Positions 48,183 through 56,585 of a stretch of 64,000 nucleotides of DNA are shown here, piece by piece. The DNA lies in NCBI GenBank assembly GCA_048882385.1, contig JBHLRQ010000002.1, positions 5,581 to 69,580 of the forward strand. Reading direction: 5' to 3'. Below the pieces are notes generated by a model. That model was not told the DNA's origin, searched no databases, and was given only the letters and a program-made list of their open reading frames with translations. Position 1 is the stretch's first letter. Each line of letters starts with the position of its first letter. This DNA comes from Candidatus Thorarchaeota archaeon (lineage in GTDB: Archaea; Asgardarchaeota; Thorarchaeia; Thorarchaeales; Thorarchaeaceae). The translations under genes were made by a program, and so were the position numbers.

Positions 48183-50440
48183 TGGGTATGCGTGGACACG
48201 GTGGTCCTATGGCACTTGCTAGCCAGAAACCAAAACGGAGTAGACCAATCAGAATACTACTACGTAAGATGGTCTATTACCTTGGCAGATTCAAACGAAT
48301 AGTAGCAATTGGTGCAATTCTATCTCTTGTTTCCACAATTGTATCAGTCTTTGATCCATTGATTCTTTCTTGGGCAATCGACTCAGCTCTCGTCGTTAAT
48401 CCTGTTATTGATACCATATTCCTACTGACTGGTTTCTATGTATTCCTCAGAGTGATATCTTGGATATTGAGTAGTGTCAATATATGGATCCTCGCAGGTG
48501 CCCAAGCAGGGTTTGTCCAGAATATTCAAGAAGATCTCTATTCAAATCTCCTCAGAGCTGACCTCTCATACCATAAGAGTGAACAGAGTGGCAACGTTAC
48601 ATCGCGAGTAACGTCTGACACAGTGGAGCTCGGAACTGGAATTCAAGTACTGATTGACTTCTCCAGCCAGGCACTGATGCTCGTTTCATCGTTCCTCATG
48701 CTTTGGTGGGTCAATCCATACATTGCATTGACAACACTTGTAGTTCTTCCAGGTGTACTCTTCATAACAGTCCTCTTTGGATCTGTTGGTCAGAGGATTA
48801 TGCTTGCGTCACGACGCGCCTCTGGAGCAGTGTCTGGTCAGATAGCTGAGAATCTCAGTGGTATCCATGTGGCAAAAGCCTTCAATCGAGAGAAAGAGCT
48901 TGCAGAAGAAATGATGGAGCTGAATCAGAATTCTTACCGTTATGGTTTCAGATTCATGATTTTGATGAGTGCAATGCAACCACTGGTTCGAACAATTGGC
49001 CAGCTAGCGATTGCTACAATGCTGTTTGTTGCAGGAAGTCTCGCAGTTGGTGTTTTACCCCTGCTCACCATTGGTGAATTGTTTCTTGGAATCACTCTGA
49101 TTAACAGGTTTCTCTGGCCGCTGTTAGGACTTAGTATGATGTTCACTCAGGTTCAGACTTCAATGGCTGCAATGGACAGGGTAATGGATGTAATCGAATC
49201 CAAACCAGCAATAACGGATTCCCCTGATGCAGTTCCACTTGCTGATGAGAGTGATGGCATCTATTTTCAGGATGTGACATTCGAATACGTGGAAGAAACA
49301 CCTGTTTTGAACAATGTTTCATTCGAAATTCATCCAGGTGAGATGGTAGCAATTGTTGGTCACACAGGTGCTGGAAAGACAACCATTGCTGCTCTTGTCA
49401 ATAGGTTCTATGATCCCACTAGGGGTGGCATTTTCATTGGAAGTCAGAACCTACGTATGGTGACCCAAGAGTCATTGCACAGTTCAATGTCACTGATTCC
49501 ACAGGAACCATATCTCTTTGATGATAGCATCTTTGAGAATATCCGTTATGGTCGCCCAGACGCATCTGATGAAGAGATCTATGAAATCTGTAGGATAATT
49601 GGTGCTAACGAATTCATAGAGGTTCTTGCTGATGGATATGAGACCTGCATTATCGAGGGTGGAAAAAACCTGAGTGCAGGTCAACGTCAGATGATTACTA
49701 TAGCACGAACAATGCTAGCTGATCCCAAGATACTCATCCTAGATGAAGCGACAAGTCGACTAGATGCATATAGTGAATCGTTAGTGCAAGATGCACAGGA
49801 ACGACTCTTTGCAAACAGAACGACTATTGTAATAGCTCATCGTCTCACAACTATTGCTAATGCTTCACGTGTGTTTGTGTTTGATCATGGTGACCTAGTT
49901 GAGCAAGGTACCCATGAAGAACTTCTTGCACTCAATGGAGTCTTCAAGTCACTATATGACACATATTATGCTCATCAAGGAATTGATGAGATAACTGAGG
50001 AAGTAGCAGAGGTCGCCAAGTCTGAGGTGGAAAAATATGGTGAGGAGGAAACTCCGGTTCCGGCTGGTCCTGGAATGATGATGATGGGAATGGGTGGTGG
50101 TATGCCTGGAATGGCTCATGGTGCTATGGGTGACATGAAACCTTCTCCAGAGATGATTGAGAAGATTAAGGAAAGGTTCAAGTCTGATCCTGATTCAATT
50201 CCTGCATCTATGCGTGAGATGCTAAAGCAAATGTTTGAGGTTGATGATATGACAGATAAGAAAAACGATGAATATGGTCGAAGCAAGACACAACAACAGG
50301 GTCCTCTCGGGTCTGGTAGACCAACACCACAGATGATGAGAGAGCTAAAAGAAAAATACAAGAAAGACCCGTCTTCAGTTCCAGCACACATGCATGAGAT
50401 ATTTGAGAGGATGATCCAGGAAGAAGATAAAGGAGAGTAG
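48182..50440 (+). CDS. ABC exporter, fused permease-ATPase with an unusual roughly 150-aa C-terminal extension
   Basis: Walker A GHTGAGKTT, signature LSAGQRQMITIAR, Walker B ILILDEA. Start codon overlaps the stop of the preceding ABC gene. Confidence 0.85.
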   Translation: MGMRGHGGPMALASQKPKRSRPIRILLRKMVYYLGRFKRIVAIGAILSLVSTIVSVFDPLILSWAIDSALVVNPVIDTIFLLTGFYVFLRVISWILSSVNIWILAGAQAGFVQNIQEDLYSNLLRADLSYHKSEQSGNVTSRVTSDTVELGTGIQVLIDFSSQALMLVSSFLMLWWVNPYIALTTLVVLPGVLFITVLFGSVGQRIMLASRRASGAVSGQIAENLSGIHVAKAFNREKELAEEMMELNQNSYRYGFRFMILMSAMQPLVRTIGQLAIATMLFVAGSLAVGVLPLLTIGELFLGITLINRFLWPLLGLSMMFTQVQTSMAAMDRVMDVIESKPAITDSPDAVPLADESDGIYFQDVTFEYVEETPVLNNVSFEIHPGEMVAIVGHTGAGKTTIAALVNRFYDPTRGGIFIGSQNLRMVTQESLHSSMSLIPQEPYLFDDSIFENIRYGRPDASDEEIYEICRIIGANEFIEVLADGYETCIIEGGKNLSAGQRQMITIARTMLADPKILILDEATSRLDAYSESLVQDAQERLFANRTTIVIAHRLTTIANASRVFVFDHGDLVEQGTHEELLALNGVFKSLYDTYYAHQGIDEITEEVAEVAKSEVEKYGEEETPVPAGPGMMMMGMGGGMPGMAHGAMGDMKPSPEMIEKIKERFKSDPDSIPASMREMLKQMFEVDDMTDKKNDEYGRSKTQQQGPLGSGRPTPQMMRELKEKYKKDPSSVPAHMHEIFERMIQEEDKGE

Positions 50441-50445
50441 ATGAC

Positions 50446-51336
50446 CTATTCGAAATCTTCGTTCACTGTGTAGATTTCGTCCAGTTTGCTAGCTGCAAGA
50501 ACCGAGGCTCCTACCAAAATATAGGACTCTATTGCAGTAACATAGTCAAACGGAGATCCTGGACAGTAGTTTACGAAGCTCCAGAATAGAATTCTGATGA
50601 AAAACAATAGGACTCCTAGAAACAAAAAGATGAGTGGTCTTACCATCAGTCCATTTCGCAGAGTCCACATGAGGCTCCCAAGTGCAATGAGAATCACACC
50701 GAGTCCCACAACCAAAGGGATTGAAATGGCTGTGTAGAGAATCTGAAGTGGATTCAGCACGGCTACAACAACCAGACTGGCTAGTCCTGCTATAGAAGCC
50801 AAAGTAACAACGAATTGAAGTATTGAGTCTGTATTTGAAATGCCTAATGCAGAGTTTGACGAGCGCAGATATCCTAAAACTCCTAGTCCCCACAAGAGCA
50901 GCGCTGGCATCTGCACAAGACCCACTGCGAAACAAATTTCGCTGCTGTTTCCTGTATAGTGGATGATCCCGCTTGCGATCTCTGATAGACTGAATACAAC
51001 AAGCCCCAATGCCATCCAAACATTCAATGAATGAAACCTGTCATCCTTGACGAGAGATTCATGACCAAAAGCATTCAGACCTAGAACTCCAAGCACAAGT
51101 GCAACTGTTGGAGATAGTAGTGTAACTATTATTAGAAGACTGGAAATGCTCCCTGCCCAATAGAGAATCAATGAAACAACTAGAATGGCAAGACCTGAGA
51201 AGATAATCAACCCTGTGTTCAGCCATCCTACTAACGACACTTGATTCCTGCTCCTCGTGAACACTGTCAGATTGATTGAGAATTCCGTTTTGTATATTTT
51301 GCTGATATTGGTCTTCAAACGGAGAGTGTTTCCCAT
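50446..51336 (-). CDS. polytopic membrane protein (unknown function)
   Basis: 7-8 hydrophobic helices; overlaps the end of the upstream 396-aa ORF by 22 nt, indicating an operon. Confidence 0.5.
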   Translation of the reverse strand: MGNTLRLKTNISKIYKTEFSINLTVFTRSRNQVSLVGWLNTGLIIFSGLAILVVSLILYWAGSISSLLIIVTLLSPTVALVLGVLGLNAFGHESLVKDDRFHSLNVWMALGLVVFSLSEIASGIIHYTGNSSEICFAVGLVQMPALLLWGLGVLGYLRSSNSALGISNTDSILQFVVTLASIAGLASLVVVAVLNPLQILYTAISIPLVVGLGVILIALGSLMWTLRNGLMVRPLIFLFLGVLLFFIRILFWSFVNYCPGSPFDYVTAIESYILVGASVLAASKLDEIYTVNEDFE

Positions 51337-52505
51337 TCAATCTCATATACGGTACTTGGATACTGTTGCTCGATTTCCCCCTTAGTATTAGTTACTATTC
51401 TGTTAATCGGGTTTGCTCCTGTGAGATCCTTTACTCTCCGAGTGATGAACTGTGTTAGGACTCGAAATCCGTCATTTAGGACAAAGGGTGCAATTGATCC
51501 TTTGATTGTTGCAGCAGTAAGTGAGCTTCTCATCTCGATGTCAACACCCATTTCGAGCGTGATATATGCCAACCATGGGTAATTACCAACCAACTCTTTC
51601 CTAGATACGAAAAAGATCTTACGTGTTGCATTAAGTCCCACAATCATCGCGCAGTTTCTAAGTAATGATTGAAGGGCGGCTATGTATCTAACAGCTACAG
51701 CATGCGCTGGAGTAACAAGTTCAATCATTCTTCTTCTCTCAAGAAGTGCAACATCATCCAAGAATCTCCTCAAGTCTGATGTACGAAGTCTTTCTGCAGC
51801 AATTGAAAGTGGCGTTTCGCCATCGATCTCCGTTAGTGCTCGCACAGAATCTGGTGATAGTGTTTCATCTGGATAGGTTGTTTGAGCGAGGGTTGCTTGA
51901 TAGATGTCATCAGGTTTGACGGGATTGTAAATAGTGATTGCATTCTCCCAAAGTGCTTCTGCGGCAATATTCATTGCGACTTCTAAAGGAACTTCTAAGA
52001 AACTAGCTGCATCCTTTACAGAGCATATTTCTGGAATAAGCCTCAGGAATGACTGGACATCAGGTCTCTTCGTGTAGTATTCCCACTCTGGCCTGACTGT
52101 CATCATTGTTTCAGGTTTTATTTTGTCTCTGATGAACTCATCAATCATACTTGCTTCAAAACGAGTATGTACTGCTAAATCTAGGTCGACCCATCTAAGT
52201 ATACCGAACTGCTCCTCAAACAGTTTAATGATACGTTTCAGCTTGTCTCTGATGTACGCACTGTCCTCCTTTAGGGAAATTGCACCAAGCGTCCATTCCC
52301 CAAACTCGACAACTATCCTGTAATTAGCTCCTTCAAAGGCTCTAGCTTGAGATTTTACCGACCTTGTAGCCTCGTCAAAAAAAGATGTCATTGCCACTAA
52401 GAAGGAGGATAAGAGTTGAGGATCAAATGCAGACTCGGTGAAGTCCTTGTGATATATGCAGACACCTGTATCTCTGCGGATTATATACAGGCTGTTAATC
52501 TCCAT
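51315..52505 (-). CDS. cytoplasmic protein with an N-terminal longin/roadblock-like alpha/beta domain homologous to the cytoplasmic tail of the 1475-aa surface protein
   Basis: The N-terminus LYIIRRDTGVCIYHKDFTESAFDPQLLSSFLVAMTSFFDE...IRDKLKRIIKLFEEQF aligns with YLDRGTCVFYHPFTEERIQPDLISGFIAAITSVYGE...LRDRLQFFVELFENQY of the 12915-17342 product. Confidence 0.45.
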   Translation of the reverse strand: MEINSLYIIRRDTGVCIYHKDFTESAFDPQLLSSFLVAMTSFFDEATRSVKSQARAFEGANYRIVVEFGEWTLGAISLKEDSAYIRDKLKRIIKLFEEQFGILRWVDLDLAVHTRFEASMIDEFIRDKIKPETMMTVRPEWEYYTKRPDVQSFLRLIPEICSVKDAASFLEVPLEVAMNIAAEALWENAITIYNPVKPDDIYQATLAQTTYPDETLSPDSVRALTEIDGETPLSIAAERLRTSDLRRFLDDVALLERRRMIELVTPAHAVAVRYIAALQSLLRNCAMIVGLNATRKIFFVSRKELVGNYPWLAYITLEMGVDIEMRSSLTAATIKGSIAPFVLNDGFRVLTQFITRRVKDLTGANPINRIVTNTKGEIEQQYPSTVYEIEWETLSV

Positions 52506-52639
52506 GGGTTGAACCTCGAGTCTAGTATGGCGAACTGTAGATCTGCATCCTCCCGCGTTTCAGACAAAGATCTTGGCGCGTCTATGAGGATTAGACTCAC
52601 AGATGCTTTTGAGCCTTCTAGTGATGTATACCAAAATGT

Positions 52640-53308
52640 GTGATTTTGTCCTACGGTCACCCTTATAGGAATAGAATGGGCTCTCAAGGTTTGATAGCTA
52701 TGTCAGAGAAAGAAGGGTCCGGAATCATCTGTCCCTCTTGTGAAAAGGGTGCATTAAATGTACGCTCTACACTCTATAGCATTCCCTTCTTCAATGAGCT
52801 TGCTATGTTCTCGATGAACTGTCCTCATTGCAACTTCAGCCATTCCGATGTCTTTTCTGCCGAAGAGAGAAAGCCAGCAAGGTTTACTCTTTATGTCAGT
52901 GATTCGTCACTTCTCCGTGCGAGAGTTGTAAGGTCAGGTTCAGGAACATTTCGACTTCCTGAGTTTGGAATCGATGTGGAACCCGGACCTGCAGCAGAAT
53001 CCTTCATCACTAATGTGGAGGGTGTATTGTTACGCGTCAAGTCTGTCGTGGAAACTGCAATTGGATTTGCAGATGCTCCTGAGGAGAAAGCACGTGGGAT
53101 TGAGATCCTTTCAAAAATAGACAGAGCTCTTGCTGGTGATATTTCATTCTCATTGATCATGGAGGACCCCGTTGGAGTCAGCGGCATTATCCTCGATGAT
53201 ATGTCAAAGGTAAAGTATGAGGAGCTCAGTGCTGAAGAAGCTTCAAAATTAAAAGGTGCCCCCTTTTGGATTGATTCAATCCGTGAAGACTACTCAACTC
53301 AGGAATAG
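52640..53308 (+). CDS. ZPR1-type zinc-finger protein
   Basis: CPSCEKG...(27 aa)...CPHCNF C4 zinc finger followed by a beta-rich domain, matching the archaeal single-module ZPR1 (COG1779) layout. The real start is probably the internal MSEKEGSG (about nt 52700). Confidence 0.7.
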   Translation: MILSYGHPYRNRMGSQGLIAMSEKEGSGIICPSCEKGALNVRSTLYSIPFFNELAMFSMNCPHCNFSHSDVFSAEERKPARFTLYVSDSSLLRARVVRSGSGTFRLPEFGIDVEPGPAAESFITNVEGVLLRVKSVVETAIGFADAPEEKARGIEILSKIDRALAGDISFSLIMEDPVGVSGIILDDMSKVKYEELSAEEASKLKGAPFWIDSIREDYSTQE

Positions 53309-54118
53309 CTTAAGTGACTTTCTTGCTGTGAAGATTAGATATCCAACATTTTCATACTCTCCCTCAGCCCTGAGAGAAATTGTCTTTCTCGTTCCTAAAA
53401 GTTTGCTGACTTGTCGACGGACATGGCCATTGATGAGCATATGATAGACAAGTCTAAGAGTCGCTCCAGCCGCGCTTGACCTGTTTCTAGGCATTTCAAA
53501 GACATTTCTGTAGTTCTCATTTACTTGAATGTCATCCAATCCCCTCTGATCGAACAGTGACCTCCATTCAGTGATACTCATTATTTCATTTTCAGCGCCT
53601 AGAATATCCATGAAGATCTGATTGAATTTGTCACGAACGTCCGAGGGAGCAGTTTCTTTTACAAAGAGGTCTAGTGTGCCAATTACTCCACCTGGCTTCA
53701 CTACTCTCAGAAATTCTTGCAAGACTTGATATTTGTCAGGGATTAAAGCTGTAACAGCCACAGTGAAGACAGCATCAAAGGTGTTGTTCTGAAAGGGAAG
53801 GTCTAATGCATTTGCGACCTCGAATCTTGCTTTAGTCAGGTTTTGGTCAATCGCACGCTCTCTGGCTTTTTCCACGAGGATTTCTGAGAGATCTATACCA
53901 ATCAATTCACAATCGTATTTCTTTACAGTCATGCAACTAGTAAATCCCGATTCGCAACCAATTTCAAGAACTTGGCTATCTTGAGTGATTTGCAGTTGAT
54001 CTAGTAGTTTGCTTGTTCCCTCGATTCCACCTATGAATGGCGAATTGAACGCACCAATATAACCTAAAAAGTCATAGATTCCGAGTTCTGTAATTTTCTT
54101 TTCGACTGAGTTTCCGTG
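53294..54118 (-). CDS. class I SAM-dependent methyltransferase whose motif I lies upstream of the first ATG/GTG/TTG
   Basis: The track ORF (53294-53932, MTVKKYDCELIGIDLSE...VKPGGVIG) has motif II/III but lacks motif I. The same frame is open upstream to a TGA at 54119-54121 and encodes ...GIYDFLGYIGAFNSPFIGGIEGTSKLLDQLQITQDSQVLEIGCESGFTSC, which supplies motif I (LEIGCESG). No canonical start codon lies in this extension. Confidence 0.55.
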   Translation of the reverse strand, partial: HGNSVEKKITELGIYDFLGYIGAFNSPFIGGIEGTSKLLDQLQITQDSQVLEIGCESGFTSCMTVKKYDCELIGIDLSEILVEKARERAIDQNLTKARFEVANALDLPFQNNTFDAVFTVAVTALIPDKYQVLQEFLRVVKPGGVIGTLDLFVKETAPSDVRDKFNQIFMDILGAENEIMSITEWRSLFDQRGLDDIQVNENYRNVFEMPRNRSSAAGATLRLVYHMLINGHVRRQVSKLLGTRKTISLRAEGEYENVGYLIFTARKSLKLFLS

Positions 54119-54254
54119 TCAATCTTGAACCTTCTTCTAAGACTATGTAGCAAATTGAATCAATAATATACTTGCTTTCTAAGTAGAATTCTTTTCGAAG
54201 GGGTAAATAGCGTAAGGGTTAAAACACTCAACCGGAAACCCACTCGGTAGACGT

Positions 54255-54331
54255 GGGCCGATAGATCAGCCTGGCAGATCGTCTGGTTTGCATCCAGAAG
54301 GTCGCGAGTTCAAATCTCGCTCGGTCCACCA
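54255..54331 (+). tRNA. tRNA-Ala (anticodon TGC), CCA 3' end encoded
   Basis: Cloverleaf has acceptor GGGCCGA/TCGGTCC with a G3:U70 wobble (Ala identity), D-arm GATC-AGCCTGGCA-GATC, anticodon stem TCTGG/CCAGA with loop TTTGCAT (anticodon TGC), and a T-arm GCGAG-TTCAAAT-CTCGC; discriminator A followed by CCA; 77 nt. Confidence 0.85.
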
Positions 54332-54350
54332 ATTCCTTCTTTCACCAGGA

Positions 54351-54926
54351 TCATCGTCTGGAAAAGCCATCCAGTATCTCTTTGCCTTCTCTCTCAACAC
54401 ATTCCCTATGCGTAGCTCCTGTACTTTTGATGATTCTATATCCTACGTGCGCTGTTTCTGCTGACTCTTGATTTATAGACACAACGAGACCGCAGGAGGT
54501 CAAGAACAAACCAGGTTCAGAACCTCTACTCCATTGTTTGGCAGAGTGTATTGGCTCGCCATCCTTTGTGAGAAATGGTGTCGTAACTGCATATGTCCTG
54601 AGAATAAACAATCCAGAATAGGCTACAACAATGCCGATTAGAAAGATTCCAGTATTCACTGCATATCCAATTGGTTCCATATACATTTGTGGTGGGTTGT
54701 AAGGATGGTTGGCATCTGCAAACACCATCATAACAATGACCACCGGTATTATTGCCCATATTGCCCCGATGATTGCTACTGTCTGGCCAATTAATCGATA
54801 GAGCCTGTTTGTCAACTGAATACTCCCTGGGATTATTATCTCGCTTACACAATTAGGATTTTGGATTCTGTTGTCTATGACAAGGTACAATACACAAACC
54901 AGTTCCAGTAGGGGCTTGATACGCAC
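54351..54926 (-). CDS. hypothetical membrane protein
   Basis: Two hydrophobic helices followed by a soluble tail. The 5' end overlaps the upstream enolase-superfamily gene by about 74 nt, so the true start is probably an internal Met (MMVFADANH or MYMEPIGY). Confidence 0.35.
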   Translation of the reverse strand: MRIKPLLELVCVLYLVIDNRIQNPNCVSEIIIPGSIQLTNRLYRLIGQTVAIIGAIWAIIPVVIVMMVFADANHPYNPPQMYMEPIGYAVNTGIFLIGIVVAYSGLFILRTYAVTTPFLTKDGEPIHSAKQWSRGSEPGLFLTSCGLVVSINQESAETAHVGYRIIKSTGATHRECVEREGKEILDGFSRR

Positions 54927-55989
54927 CGGTCAGTTCATGCAAACCACAAAATGGATCATCTCGCAGAGACCCTGGTGCCAATTCGTGCGGATGGTTAAAG
55001 TTCGAGCCAGATAGAACAATGTGCACTGCTGCAGAAACTCCAATCTGTGTTTCCCATGGACTGATCATCACACACTCAATCCCATATTCTTCAGCCAGCA
55101 CAGCAATTCGTTTCGTCTGAAAGATACCTCCATGTTTGATTAGCTTCAATCCGAAGAGATTGACCGCATCATATTCTATCAGTTTCTTTGCATCCTCGTA
55201 AGTGTACACTGACTCGTCAGCCATCAATGGCACACTTGTCTTTCTCTGTAATTGTGCGAATCCTTGAAGATTCTCAATAGGTAATGGTTGTTCCAGATAT
55301 TCGAGGTTTATCTCTTCTGCCACTCTGAGGAACTGGAGGGCTTCTGGCACCGTGTATCCTGTGTTTGCATCAGCTCGAATCTTTGCAGATTTTCCAACGG
55401 CTTCGCGGACCAGCCTCAAGGTTTCTACATCCTTTTCAACGTTCAATCCAACTTTGATTTTGACAGCACGCATTCCTGATTGAAGCTGTTGAACTGCCGC
55501 TTCAGCTATAGTTTCTGATGCTCCGATTCCCAGCACTGACGCTATCTCCACACACTCTTGTGCTTGGCCACCGAGAAGTTCGAAGACAGGAACGCCTCGT
55601 ATCTTTCCCATCAGGTCATAGAGAGCTAGATCCACACCGGTCCTTGCGGTACCACCTACTGTTGGAAATTTATCAGTCAGGTTCTGATAGACATTCATGT
55701 CAAATGGGTTCTTTCCAATCAGATTGGGTGCAAGTTGATGATCAATCTCTCTCCGAATCTTGTCTGGGTCATCATCAAATGTAAAGGGTAATGGACAGGC
55801 TTCACCAACTCCTACCACTCCGTTATCTGACTCTATACTTACGATTACATGATGTCTAGTAGTTGGTTCCTTGCCGTACGTAGTTATGAAATCGTTTCCT
55901 GCAAGCTTGGTTTGAATCTGCTTCGTCTTGACCGACACTATCTTAGACATCAATTTCACCTGATTATGTTGCTTGATGGCATCCTTCAA
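54853..55989 (-). CDS. enolase-superfamily enzyme, mandelate racemase/muconate lactonizing enzyme family (dipeptide epimerase / OSBS-like)
   Basis: MR/MLE N-terminal capping domain plus a TIM-barrel with KIKVG (Lys), IRADANTGYT, LEYLEQP (Asp/Glu metal ligands) and MADES motifs. Confidence 0.75.
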   Translation of the reverse strand: MKDAIKQHNQVKLMSKIVSVKTKQIQTKLAGNDFITTYGKEPTTRHHVIVSIESDNGVVGVGEACPLPFTFDDDPDKIRREIDHQLAPNLIGKNPFDMNVYQNLTDKFPTVGGTARTGVDLALYDLMGKIRGVPVFELLGGQAQECVEIASVLGIGASETIAEAAVQQLQSGMRAVKIKVGLNVEKDVETLRLVREAVGKSAKIRADANTGYTVPEALQFLRVAEEINLEYLEQPLPIENLQGFAQLQRKTSVPLMADESVYTYEDAKKLIEYDAVNLFGLKLIKHGGIFQTKRIAVLAEEYGIECVMISPWETQIGVSAAVHIVLSGSNFNHPHELAPGSLRDDPFCGLHELTGAYQAPTGTGLCIVPCHRQQNPKS

Positions 55990-56047
55990 AATGATAAGTA
56001 TTTGTTAAATGCATCCAACATATTTGCTTCTAGAGTGTGTGATGTGA

Positions 56048-56437
56048 TTGGATGATTTTCAGCATATTTCAACTGCACTGAAATTCAATGAGCGGATTAA
56101 TGCGAGAGACCTGACCGGTCTGGGAGAGATGATGACTGAAGACCATGTCTTCATTGACATACCTGGAGAAGTTCACAGCAGTCGACCGATGATGGTGTCT
56201 GGCTGGTTTGATTTTTTTAGGTTCTATCCTGACTACAGAAACAACTTCACTCATATCGAGGTGAAGGAGGGACTTGTCATTATGGTAGGATTCTCTGAAT
56301 GTTCACATGATTCTCTTGATGGTCCCGCAATCTGGACTGCAAAGATTCGAGATGGTCTCATCTCTGAATGGCGTGTCTATGAAGACAATGAGGATACACG
56401 CAAAGAATTGGGAATCACTTATCCAATTGGAATCTGA
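56048..56437 (+). CDS. SnoaL/NTF2-like (ketosteroid-isomerase-like) small protein
   Basis: About 129 aa with a cone-shaped alpha+beta pattern (DHVFIDIPGEVHSS...IWTAKIRDGLISEWRVYED) typical of the NTF2-like superfamily. Confidence 0.55.
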   Translation: MDDFQHISTALKFNERINARDLTGLGEMMTEDHVFIDIPGEVHSSRPMMVSGWFDFFRFYPDYRNNFTHIEVKEGLVIMVGFSECSHDSLDGPAIWTAKIRDGLISEWRVYEDNEDTRKELGITYPIGI

Positions 56438-56585
56438 ACTCTCTATTTGCTCAAACAATGTCGTAAAGTAACCCTTAAAGGGGGCCATCCTCGCGGAAAT
56501 CGAAACAACAAGGGACAATGTGCGAGAGCTTTCGCCGGCCGACCTTGTGAATAGGTACGGATGCCCTTGAAGTGGTGAAAAGATA

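Noticed and set aside
50066-50137. Met/Gly-rich GGAATGATGATGATGGGAATGGGTGGTGG stretch as a separate small ORF or simple-sequence repeat
   Set aside because: It is in frame within the ABC transporter ORF and is flanked by conserved protein sequence. It is interpreted as part of the C-terminal extension rather than as an independent element.
54255-54331. tRNA-Ala as an integration hotspot or island boundary
   Set aside because: I recognised no integrase, no partial tRNA duplicate and no direct repeat of the tRNA 3' end elsewhere in the window. The flanking genes (methyltransferase, enolase-family enzyme) look chromosomal.
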